From the human T2T-CHM13v2.0 reference genome, Homo sapiens, in NCBI RefSeq assembly GCF_009914755.1, contig NC_060935.1: a stretch of DNA of 64,000 nt. One strand, 5' to 3'. The first letter of the stretch is position 1; each line of letters begins with the position of its first letter. The translations under genes were made by a program, and so were the position numbers. The notes under the pieces were generated by a model that saw only the letters and a program-made list of their open reading frames with translations, did no database searches and was not told the origin of the DNA. Positions 45,101 through 56,680 of this stretch are shown here, piece after piece.

Positions 45101-46629
45101 GATACTTAAAGATGCTCTTTTTTCCTGATAGAATTTTGAGTGTTTATATCTAGGGCTTCTGATGCCACTGAATGAGTGAAAATAGCCCAGAGAGAAGTTA
45201 AGAGAGGAAGAAAGGAAGACTGAGGTCTAATGAAGTTTGGACTTTTGGAAAACCCCAATGTCCAAGACTGCAGCCTGAGGATATTTGAATTTCTGAAGCA
45301 AGTCTTGCCTGGAGCTATCCAGATAAAGTGTTTTTGGTTACATCAACAAATTTCATTTTTTAATTTTTAAGTCAATTTTATTTGGCTTTCTACCATTTAA
45401 ATTGAAAAAAATTTTTGACACTAACTCTGAAGTATTCATGGTTTTGTATGTTTGTATAGGCACTGGAATATCTAGAAGAATGTATACCAAACTGTCAAAA
45501 TGAGTATCACTAGATATTATGAAAAGGGTATCACTTTCATAATCTTTGTGTAAGGATTTGTTAGAAAAATAATATATTAATAGAAAAAATATTTCAATAT
45601 TTATAGTAGAATAGTAGGGGCAAACAGGTGAAAACAGCCAAGAAAAACTAAAAAAAAAAAAAAAAGAACAGTAGGAAGAGAGCAATTAACCTGCCTGATA
45701 TAAAAGCTTACTATAAAGCTTTAATAATTAAAGCAATCTTTTTCAGATGTAAGAATTGGTAGATACATCAGTAGGACAAATGGCAAAGCTGAGAAACAAA
45801 TCCAAGTATCCACGAGGAATTAGTATATAATAAAGGTGGTATTTTGCATTAGTGGAGAAAGAAATATTTATGGAATCATTGATAATGAAATGACTGGTTA
45901 CGTATTTGAGAAGTTTGAACAGTATCTCACAGCTTATATCAAAACAAATGTCAGATCTATCACGTTATAAAGAAAATATAAGTGAATCTTTGTCACTTTG
46001 TCATCACTCAGAGTGGGAAATTTACTTAACATTAAAAAAAAATTTTTGTGGAAGTGCCCATCAACAAGATGAATGGATAAAGAAAATGTGGAAATGTACT
46101 TTTTTAAACCTAAAAATACAGAAAGTTAGCATAAAGGCATATGTATGTGTCTACATAAAATGTTAAAAATTCCATATGTCAAAACATCGCATAAAAATAA
46201 AAAAGCAAATATAATACTAAAGTTTATGTGTCTGTAAAAATGTTAAAAATTTCATATGTCAAAACATCACATAAAAAAGGCAAATCAAATACTAAAAAGG
46301 TATTTATGACATACATGGAAAGCATGTCCTGTTAGATTTACTTCATACCATCTTAAATTCACTCGTTTCTTTTCATTTCCCACTATTCAGGTATTTTAGC
46401 TAGGTTATCCTTGGTTATGCTGCACTGTTAAATAACATAAAAATCTCAGTGCTTTAAAACAGCACAGATTTATTTCTTGCTCCAGGTACATATCTCTTAC
46501 AGGTTTGCTTATCAGAGTATCTCAGGAACCCAGGTGGATCCACCATCTCCACGGCCCATCCACCATCTCAACGGTGGTGGTTGCCACAACGTCCGATTAA
46601 ACCAACCACAAAGGGCCAGGCAGAGCAAT

Positions 46630-46631
<2 letters not shown>

Positions 46632-46669
<38 letters not shown>
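46632..46669. repeat. (GT)19 microsatellite
   Basis: Perfect GT dinucleotide run. Confidence 0.98.
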
Positions 46670-46671
<2 letters not shown>

Positions 46672-46699
46672 GTAGAACACTAGCACTACCTCTCCTGGT

Positions 46700-47560
46700 G
46701 TCCCTCATCTCTGGACACTCCCACAATAGCCCCCTAAATGTCTTCCTGCTTTTACTCTTGCCTCTCTATAATCCATTTTTCTCATAGAATCAAGAGAAAT
46801 TGTTTAAAACCTACATCAGATTCTGTAAGTTCCCTATTAAAAACCTTCCATTGGCTTCCCATTGCACTTAGACTCAAACCTGATATTTTTACTGCGGCCT
46901 ATATGATTATCTGTGATCTACCCCCAACCTCCCTCTGGTTTTGATCTCCTACTGGTCTTCTATCTGTTTCTTGAGACCCCAGCATATTCTGGCCTCAGAG
47001 CCTTTGGATTTACTGTTCCTTCTGCCTGAAATGCTACTCACTCGAGAAGGTGCGCTTGTGTCTTCTTTTCATGCAGGTCTCAGTGTAAATACCCCATCAC
47101 CAAGACCTTTTCTGACCTCCAGAAGTTCCCTTTCTCTGTCGCTACTCCAAATAGTTTCTGTCACAGCACCCTTCTCTATTTCTTTATAACATGACTCTCT
47201 CTGTTGCTGCCTATTAGAATATAAGCTATAAGAGGGCAGGGCTTTTTTTTTCTGTTTTTTTCAAATTATTTTTTGCTTATTTTTTCCTGGTATATATAAA
47301 TACAGGTGAGTTTATTTTATTTTTGTTTTACTTTAAGTTCTGGGATACATATGCAGAATGTGCAGGTTTGTTACATAGGTATACCTGTGCCATGGTGCTT
47401 TGCCATACCCATCAACCCATCATATAGGTTTTAAGCCCCGCATGCATTAGGTATTTGTCCTAATGCTCTTCCTCGAGTCTGCCTTGTTCACTGCTGCATC
47501 TGTAGGGCCTAGAACAGCTCTTGGTTTACACTAGGCACTCAATAAATATTTGTTAAACAA
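46700..47560. mobile_element. L2 3' fragment with a nested short L1PA 3' stub (~47310-47475, minus)
   Basis: L2 end TAGGCACTCAATAAATATTTGTT; L1PA CTTTAAGTTCTGGGATACATATGCAGAATGTGCAGG. Confidence 0.75.
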
Positions 47561-47903
47561 TGAGAGGAGAGAGCCTTAATGTTTCTACAATTCAATCAGA
47601 AAAGTTAAACACTTCAATAGAAAAACTGGCAAAATATAAGAGTGCTGAGTTTACAAAGAAATAGAAATGGCTAAATATATGAAAAAATTTAACATAGTAG
47701 GCAGGAAAAATTACAAAAAAAATGTAGTCATGAGATACTTTTTGCCTACATAATCATCAAATATTTGAAAGAAAATTATAATATTCATTATTAACAGGAG
47801 TGATGGCAAACATTTCCCTTCCTACACTGGAGTGCTGGGGAGCATCTTGAAGTCAGTTGGCTAATTCACATGAAGGCCCTTAAAAATAAAAGTGCCCTTT
47901 TCC

Positions 47904-48211
47904 TGGCTGGGTGTGGTGGCTTGTGCCTGTAATCCCAGCACTTTGGGAAGCCGAGGTGGATGGATTGCTTGAGGCTAGGAGTTCGAGACCAGCCTGGCCT
48001 ACATGGCGAAACCCCATTTCTACTAAAAAATTACCAAAAAGTAAAACAGAAAACACAAGAAGAAAAATTAGCCAGGTGTGGTGGTACATGCCTGCTATGT
48101 TGGGAGGTTAAGTGGGAGAATAGCTTGAACCCAGGAGGTTGCAGTGAACTGAGATCACGCCACTGCACCCCAGCCCAGGTGACAGAGTAAGACTGTCTCA
48201 AAAAAAAAAAA
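47904..48211 (+). mobile_element. AluJ/S with expanded linker
   Basis: Alu body with poly(A); TSD core TGCCCTTTT on both sides. Confidence 0.92.
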
Positions 48212-48261
48212 ATGCCCTTTTCCCCCATTGTTCTGTTTCTAGGAAATTACTCCTAGGGTAA

Positions 48262-48360
48262 AATCATTAATGTCTATAATCATTAATGTCTATAATAGGA
48301 CATAATTATTAATGTCTATAAAGGATGTAATTATTAATATCTATAAAAATCTATAATCAT
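48262..48360. repeat. Degenerate AT-rich minisatellite (ATTAATGTCTATA core)
   Basis: About four copies of (C/T)ATTAATGTCTATAA with variable spacers. Confidence 0.8.
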
Positions 48361-49364
48361 GGTACTGTTATTTCATAATAAAAAATTGAAAATACCAAAG
48401 TGACCCAAATTACTTTGGTGCGGTAGGATATTTTGGATGTGAGGAGCCTGGAGTTTGGATGCTATAAACATCTCCCTGTGCACACATGTGCTTTTGGCTC
48501 TTAAATGCTGCAGGGCTAGAGCTCAGAAGGACCACTGATCTACATAGCAACCTGGGGAATTTCCCCTGAGTTAGGGGATTCAAACTCAGACCTCCACAAA
48601 GGTTCAGGGATGTAAATTATTCTCAGCTGGCCTGGGTGGGGAGCCGGCCTGTGTGGAAACCACCGTAAAGGACTGAAGGGTCTTCCTGGTGGACAGGACT
48701 GTGTCATCAGTGGTGGCTGTTAGTGTTAGACACAGCAAAATAGCAGGATGAGGAATATACATTTTTTGGGATATAAATTTTCTCCATCACATGTAAGGAT
48801 AAGAAATATATATATCTTTATTAATAAGTCTTCTAAATTAAATGTGTCATAATTGCCTATCTGTTAAGATTAGAAGGATGTATATCACAGTGTCTTATAT
48901 AATATTTATAACATTATATAACAATGTTTTATATAATTTTATAAATATAAAAGATTTTTTTGTTTGTGGAGGTTTCTCCTTTACCTAAGAGTTTTGAGCA
49001 TTCTGACTACCCTTGAGTTTGTTCAACAGCATGTGGTATGTTAGAAGGAAATCTCACCAGCGTTACGGCAAGATTGGGGGTTAGTTTTTTCTTTTCCTGT
49101 GGTCACCTAGACTTTCAGGGTATGGAGTCTCAGAATATGGTGTTCAATGCCCCCAACACTCACGAGCTGTCCAATGAGGAGTCTCAATACTTTTCAGGGT
49201 ATTGGGGTGGCTTATAGGCCTCTCCCACTTGAGAAACTTTATAACAGTTATTTTTCTTCTTATTAACTCACCCCAAGGGAACAGTATAAAAATGCAATAT
49301 AAACTTTGATTTCAATTTAAAAAAATACCTAGAGTAGAAAATTCTGGAAGGATATTAATAGTAT

Positions 49365-49403
49365 TAATAGTGGCAAAACTGCAATTACTTTTGCACCAAC
49401 CGA
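49365..49403. mobile_element. MADE1 (Hsmar1 MITE) half element
   Basis: TGGCAAAACTGCAATTACTTTTGCACCAACC matches the mariner TIR; another fragment at ~32101-32135. Confidence 0.75.
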
Positions 49404-49694
49404 ATGCTAGGTCCAGTTCTGAGTGTTTTATATGTATCATCTTCTTCAACTTTCTGACTATCCCAGGAGGTGGGCATATAGAAGTGATATAACTCACTTA
49501 AATCCACAAGGTAGAGCAATCTACTTGCAGAGCTTATGTTTGAAATAACTCTGTTCTAGTGTATTTCCTCCAACTGTTAACAGTGCTTGTTGGAATGGTT
49601 CAATGGTTTAAATTTCTTCTTTTAGACTTTGACATTGTCCAAATTTTCTATATGAAATAATTTGTATTTACAATCAGCTAAATTACACTAGGCC

Positions 49695-49890
49695 ACACAG
49701 GATAGTGGTTAAGAGTAAGGAGTCTGGAGCCAGCCTCCCCTAGTTCCAGTCTCAGCTCTTCTTCTTACTACCTGTGTGACCATGAGTGGTTACTTCACCT
49801 TTCTGAGCCTCGGTTTCCTCAGTTGAGGCATAGAATAAAAATAGTATCTACCCTATAGGATTGTTGTAAAGACTCAATGAGTTAAACAGA
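49695..49890. mobile_element. MIR (one of many MIR fragments between 27.8 and 61.4 kb)
   Basis: AGTGGTTAAGAG...TGTGTGACC...CTGAGCCTCGGTTTCCTCA core. Confidence 0.8.
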
Positions 49891-52800
49891 GATAGAAAAA
49901 ATATGATGTGCCAGACATTGCTCTGGGTACTTTATCTATAGTTAATTAAATATTAGCTGAATAAATGAGTGAGCAGATTGCTGGGACCTCACACAGTCAC
50001 ATTTCACTCAGGCTCTGTAAATGAGGTTGGTCAGAAAGGGTCACCTTGGGTTGATGACAACTCCTCAAAGAGCAGAACACAGAGGTATCTCCCTCATCCC
50101 CAGGGTGAGGTTGGATTATGGAGGAGGCCGCCAGACAAGATGAAGGTTGAGTGAGGAGAGATTGAGAAAGCAAACTTTGCAGAGGCCCTTTTCTGAAGAT
50201 TTCTTTCCTCTGGGCATTGGAGAAGCCTAATTAGAAGCTTAGGGCTGATTAGAAACCCCAGTCAGTGGCAAATCCCTTTGCTCCAGTCTTCTAATTGCCT
50301 TCCTGGAGTGAAGGATCCAGTCTAGGATAGGGCAGAGCTCCAGCTCCTATTAATCCAGCTCCCCTGGATGCCAGGCCTGTGAGTTACAGGTGCTGAAGAT
50401 GTCTATTTATCTGGGCCTCCAAAGCCCCACTTAGACACCACATTCTACCTGCGCTCAGCCCAGCCTTCCAGACTGGGGAAGGACCTTTTGGTCGTGCTGA
50501 AGGTGAGCATGGCCATAGTAGATCAGAGAGAAAATGCACTACAGACCAGACTGGAAATGTACTTGATAATCTGAACTTCAGTTTCCTCTAACATAAAATG
50601 GGTTTTTCTCTTTGTTTCTTTTTGTTTTGTTTTGTTTTGTTTTTGGTATTTCAGAGAATTTAATAGAGGAGATTGGTTACAGAATGAAAACACTGGAGGA
50701 GCAGAAGGGATAGATGAGCTCATGCAGAGATTAGCTGCAGCAGGAGGGCTGAAGGCATAAGGGGAGATGGTGTAACCAGAGTCCAGGCTCTCTGTGCCAC
50801 AGACAGGCTGCTGCTGGATCTTCTCCCACTCCCTCTGGCGCTCAGGGTGGGGTCAAAGCTACATGTGATTTTCTGGGAGCACAATGTGCTGGGACTTAAT
50901 ACTTTTGCTTCTCCCTTGCAATAATGCGAGGCACTTAGCATCTTTGTGTCTTGGTTTCCTTATCTATAACATGGAACTGATAATGCCTTGCATACCTACT
51001 CCACGTGATTGTTTTCAGAATCAGAAGACATAGAAAGGTGAGATCACATGGAAAAGTGGGGAGGCTATTTACATGTAATTAGTTACATTGAGAAAGTGGA
51101 AGAGCAAGCAGCAACTCTTATTGAATTTCTAAGAAACTTGTAAAATGCTGGCAGGTGTTGGGAATGATTCAGCATGACGCCATTGACGTTATAGAGAGAG
51201 CTAGAAGCAACAGGTAGGGTCTAAAATAGAACAATCTCCTTTGTGGATGAGTAATTTCCCCATTTTTGGAATTGTTCAGTTCTCATAGGTGTAATTGGTC
51301 AGAAGGGGTCACTGCTAGCTCCGAGATCAGCCATCAGTGATACCAGAGAGGATATTTCTGCTCTGGGTGGCAGTGAAGCCTCAGATTCCTGCAGTTCAGA
51401 GTCCATCAAGCTACTTTCTGTGAGTGCTTGACTGAGCTTAATTGAGATCTCTCATTTAGAAGCTGATTGGCTGAGAAGCTCTAAGGAGGTTAGGGATGAA
51501 AGGGCCCCAGCCAGAATTAAGGAGGCCTGATGTCCATGCTCATGCTTTGCAAGGCTTGTTCTACCTAGGAATTTCCATCACTGAGGCTCTTCTCCCTAAT
51601 CCCCCTTGAAAGAAGAGAATTTCATCTGCTTCCATCAGTGTCTGAGAGGCAGAGAGCACGAGTAGCTCTGGTCATCAGAACAGCTGTGCTAAGACTCTGA
51701 AAGGAGGAGCATCCCAGATGGCAGAGACAGCGCCTCACCAGGCTGTAGGAGACCTAGGCTCTAGTCATCCCCAACCTTTCCCATTGGCTCTTTGTATGTG
51801 GACAATCCCTCCTCATCTCAGGGACTCTCTTACCTCATCTCTAGGATGGGGCTGATGCTACTTTATCTTCCTGAAGGCAGGTGAGTGGAACTGTGACCTG
51901 TGGACTCTAAGTTCCAAGAGTCTACTGCATAGTTAGTCTTGAGAGCAGATGGGTCAGAGTGAGAAGGCACTGGGGAAGGAGAAGTGTAAGAGATTTAGGG
52001 TCAGCACTTGAGCAGACTTTATATGCCCTTCTAGAAGTTTATTACAGGATTGCAAAATGAGGAAGAACCTCAAGATTCCAACTTTTCGTGTCTTTCTCTG
52101 TGACCTCCTGTCTTCAGGCAGGGCATCCATATCCCTATGGCAACTTGGTAAGGGATTTTGTGGTATGGTGGAAAGGGTCTAGGTCCCAATTCTGGCTGCT
52201 TTTCTTCCTAGCCATATGACACTTGGACATGTCAATTGACCTTTCTGATTCTCACTTTCTTCATCTGAAAATGGGCTGTATGGAGAATAAATGAAATAAT
52301 GGGTGCATAATGTTCTAAAATATGGGATTATGGAAGTAATTTGTAATTTTTTGGGAGAGGGAATTCACATCTTCCCTATGTGCAACAGAACCAACCTTTG
52401 TTGAACACTCAATATGTCACCTCATTTCATCCCCACAACACTCCTGTGAGTTAAGTGATGTCATACCCATCTTATATATGAAAGAATTGGAATCCAGGGA
52501 GTTTAAGCAACTGGCTGGGAATTGACCCTGCTGTGATAGAGCTTCAAAGCATTCGGGCTCCTTGAGACCATGCTGGTTCTGCCTTTCTGCTATTTTCAGT
52601 GCAAATGTATTGCCAGAAAATATTTCTCTTATGTCTTTGTGAGTTTTTATTCAACTAGAAAATGGCCAACTAAAGTTTTTTTCCAAACAAGATTTTGAGG
52701 GAAACAGACTGCTCTTCAACAGAGGCTCTATTTTCATCTCTCGCTTGAACTACTTATCTACCTGAACACAGACAGCATGTGGGTGGAAGGAGCTGCTCTA

Positions 52801-55800
52801 GTTTTTCACCATTTAAACATTCTGAGTCCACTGAAGTCCACCCTGACACATTGAATAGCAGCCAAGGCATCTTGTACCTCATTCCTTTTCCCTCTTTCTT
52901 CTTTAAGTCAGCACAAGCAGATGATACCAGTTTGATTTTAGTGGCAGAGAGAGAATCACTGTCATCCTTGCCTGTTTAGTTCTATATATTTGTCACTACA
53001 TCCACAGTGTCCAGAATAGTGCCTGGCACAGAGCAAATAGGCAAAGACTTTATACATCTTTGTTGCATAATTCCAGCCAAGAACACTGGCTACATAACTT
53101 TGGGTGCACTGCACAACCTTTATGACTCCCCATTTTTAAATAACTTTAAACCTGACCTGGAGGTTCTAAGTGGATTAGTTTTTTGAGCTATATAAATATT
53201 CTTCAGATCCATGGCTATATATTTCCCACAGTGTGTACTATTATCAAGCTGATCTCTGAGCACTTACTGAAATCCCTTGCAAGTGAACACTTTTCACTTT
53301 TAGAATCATCTTCCCATGCACTTTCTTGTTCAATCCACAGTAGCCTTTGGGTTCTTAGCCCAGTGCTTTCGCTGCCTGAAGACGACAGATGGGGCCTATT
53401 AAATCCTGCTGGACTTTCTCTTTCCTGAAAATCCCATTAGTTTTCTGAGGTGTAGTAGAGATTTTGGGGAGCATTAATAATTTAAAAGAGCAGACAATCT
53501 TGACATCTTTCTCCCTTAGCTTTTGGATAACCTACCATGGTTATCATAGGTAACTAATGTGGGGGAAAGATAACCCAGAGTTACAGACATCCACCAGGGG
53601 AGGTCTGTCTGGAAGTGAAATGTTTCTGTGCCTGAACAACAATTAGATAACAGATTGCTGAGAATGTTAAATGCTAATATTGCTCAATACTGTGGAGCAT
53701 GGTGGGTTCATGATGGCGTTAAGGATGCACTTTCTTCCTGTGCATCCTTAAAACCCAGCAGTTTCAAATATTTGTAGGTTTTCAAAACAGGAAACTGTTG
53801 CTTCAGTCTTCTATTCATTTTCCCAGCAACTCAGTTGATCTAAATTGCCTGGGACCAAATATTTTCCTCTGAGGCCAAACGGATTCATGGTTCCTCTCCC
53901 TGCCTGGAGATTTTGAGGAGATACTGTTTGTTTTCCCTAATCTTAATCACTAGGAAATTGACTGGCGGTTCTATTGAGAATTACAAATCATTCATAACCA
54001 GTCTACGAATTTAGGCGATGTATCACATGGCAAGGTGCAACTGTTCTTGGAGAGAACCAAACTTCTAGCTCCTCTGAAGATGAGCGACCATTGGGCAACC
54101 TTAGTCTTTAAAATATTCCTCTGCCCATTGCAAAATGGACAGAGTTGAAGCTTAGAAGGATCACATTAATGTGTACTGTGAGTTAGGAGACCCTCTCCCA
54201 ATCCCCCTTCAGACTATTCACTGTCTCAAAAGGAAAGCCTAGGTCATTATTTTGGGATTTTGGTTTACAAAGACTTCAGGAGCTGGCTGTAGTAGCACAG
54301 ATCTGGAGACCTCCCTAAGTGTTTTCATTTTCTCGCTTGAGCATCTGCCTTTTTCTGTCATCCATAGATCAGTCTGATTTAGGTTGAACCACAGTTTATG
54401 CACTGTCTTTCCAGAACCCATTTGGCAAAGTCCTCTGGCGGCACTGTTATTGGTCTAATGCAGAGAGGGCTGATGATTCCGATTATTCTGACATGTGGCA
54501 AATGGGCAATTTTATTTTGTATTTATTTATTCATCAATACCTCTTTCCAAAAGAGATTTAAAGTGGCTTATAAAAATGCATAACATGTAGCAAGATAAAA
54601 TAAATTAAAAATGAGGAGTAAGATTTGGGCAAAGGGAAAGTACAGGTGGGCAGACAATAACGAGGAGCTGGAAGCAAGGTTTGTTTCACGTGACTTTTAT
54701 CCTGCAACTTAAATCTGTGCTGGAGATGATGGCCCTCCGGGGGTGCAGGCTCCCTGTTATAGTTTGATTCTGATGAGACCCCTGAGCATCTCTTCTACCC
54801 TCCCATCCCTGCAGATAAGACATGAAGAATAAAAATGATGCTACAAAGAGGAGAACAGGGGCAGTGTTTCCAACTCAGAATTGGGGTCATTTGCCAAAAA
54901 ATTTATTTAACTTATATTACTTTCCTCCTTGCCCAAGTGTAAGAGGATAATATATGTAAAGCCACTAGAAAAGTCCTGGGCATAGAAAGGTACTCACTGC
55001 AGGGCATTATTAATAACTTTCATCATTTTCATAATAATGAGCCATGAGACAGTGGCTGGGTACATGACCCTGGAGCCTGACAGACCACAGTTCAAATCCC
55101 TGCCTAGGAATTTACCTAAACCAAGTTTCTTAATCTCTGCAAGCTCCTGTTTCCCAGTCTATAAATAGGGATAGGAAAAATATATCCTGTGTTGGGGTAT
55201 TGTGAGAAGTAAATGAGGCAGTTTATATAAAATACCTAGAACAGTATTTATCATACAGTGAATACTCTCTTAATGTCAGTCATTAATATTCATAGATACT
55301 CTTTTCCTCTGTCATTAGACTTTTAAGAGCAGAAGAGAGACCATTGTGTTATAGAACAGGATGCATCATTTGAGGTCTGTTAGTGCTGTCTTTTTATATG
55401 AGGATGCACATCAAGAGATGGGAGATACTTGCTTTAGTGGCAGCACCCACACTTGAATCCAGGCCTCCAGGTGCTGTTTCCAGCCTTCGTATCACATGCT
55501 CTCTCTGGCTCATCACCGTCAACTGCCATCCCCCAATCATGTCACTCTCCCCATAGGAAAATGCTTCCTCCTCCTTTCCCAGAGCAGAGACCTAAAAGTG
55601 TCTCTTAGAGCAATTGTAGATGAAATGGGTCTCCTGATTTGTGCCTCCCCAGCTGGGGCTGCCTGAGGCTGGGCAGGAGCGTCGTACTTCCTGGGCCAAA
55701 GTGATGGCCACAGTGTAAGCTAATGTTAAGCACAGTGAATTTGGAGACGTTTATTGACTGTGGTCTTGGGAAAGTAGCTTACCCACTTTGAGTCTTATTT

Positions 55801-56029
55801 TAGTCAGCAAAAAAGTAGGAATAAATTAAATTTAGGAGCAACTTAAAAACCTAGTGTTTGAAAGATACTTTTTGTAATAATTTTGGATATGAATTGTTTA
55901 CTCTGTATTAAAAGTACAAAAGTAACATCTGAATGTTACTAGGCACACAGCATGCTGTTTCCATTAATTTAAATTGTATTTTTTCTTCTCATAGCACAGC
56001 TGTGCTGTTATTATTCCTTTTACAATCAT

Positions 56030-56330
56030 ACGTGTATTTTTATTATTTTTAATTGACAAAACTTGTATATATTTATGCAGTACAATGTGATGCTTTCATA
56101 AATGTGTAAAATTTGGAATGATTGAACAAGCTAATTAACATATCTATCACCTCACTTAGCATTTTTTGTGGTGAGACATTTAAAATGTACTCTTAACAAT
56201 TTTGAAATATACATTATTAATAACTATAGTCACCATGCTGTACCATAGATTTCAAGAACTTATTCCTCCTAAGTGAAAGTTTGTACCCTTTGACCATCAT
56301 GTCCCCATTTCACCCCCCAACCTCTGTAAT
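56030..56330 (-). mobile_element. L1MA9/10-like 3' end
   Basis: TTTTAATTGACAAAACTTGTATATATTT...GTTTGTACCCTTTGACCA. Confidence 0.75.
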
Positions 56331-56680
56331 GTGTGGTATATTTTCTAAGACACAAGAAGGAACCAAAACAAATTGAATTTACAATAGAGTAAGCTAAAGA
56401 AAGAGGGGAGACAGAAAGACAAAGCAGGGGTGGGGCCCTGGGAAGATGGGAGGAGGAAGGAAGAAAGGAAGAGGGTAAAAGGAAAAAGGAGGAAATTCAA
56501 CAGAAAATGAAAAGAAAATAGCAAATATTAACAAAATCAAATTCTGGCCCATCAGAAAGAATAAGGGGGCAAACCTCTAGCACAAATAAACGATATTGGA
56601 TAAAAAGGAGGATAATCTTATATACAGGGTTTTTTCCCTTTCACTTTTATTTTAAGTTCAGGTGTTCATGTGCAGCTGTT

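Noticed and set aside
48262-48360. Repeat-spacer-like array resembling CRISPR
   Set aside because: It is a short AT-rich degenerate minisatellite in primate DNA, with irregular spacers and no cas genes.
55993-56006. 14-bp palindrome AGCACAGCTGTGCT
   Set aside because: Several palindromes of this size are expected by chance in 64 kb.
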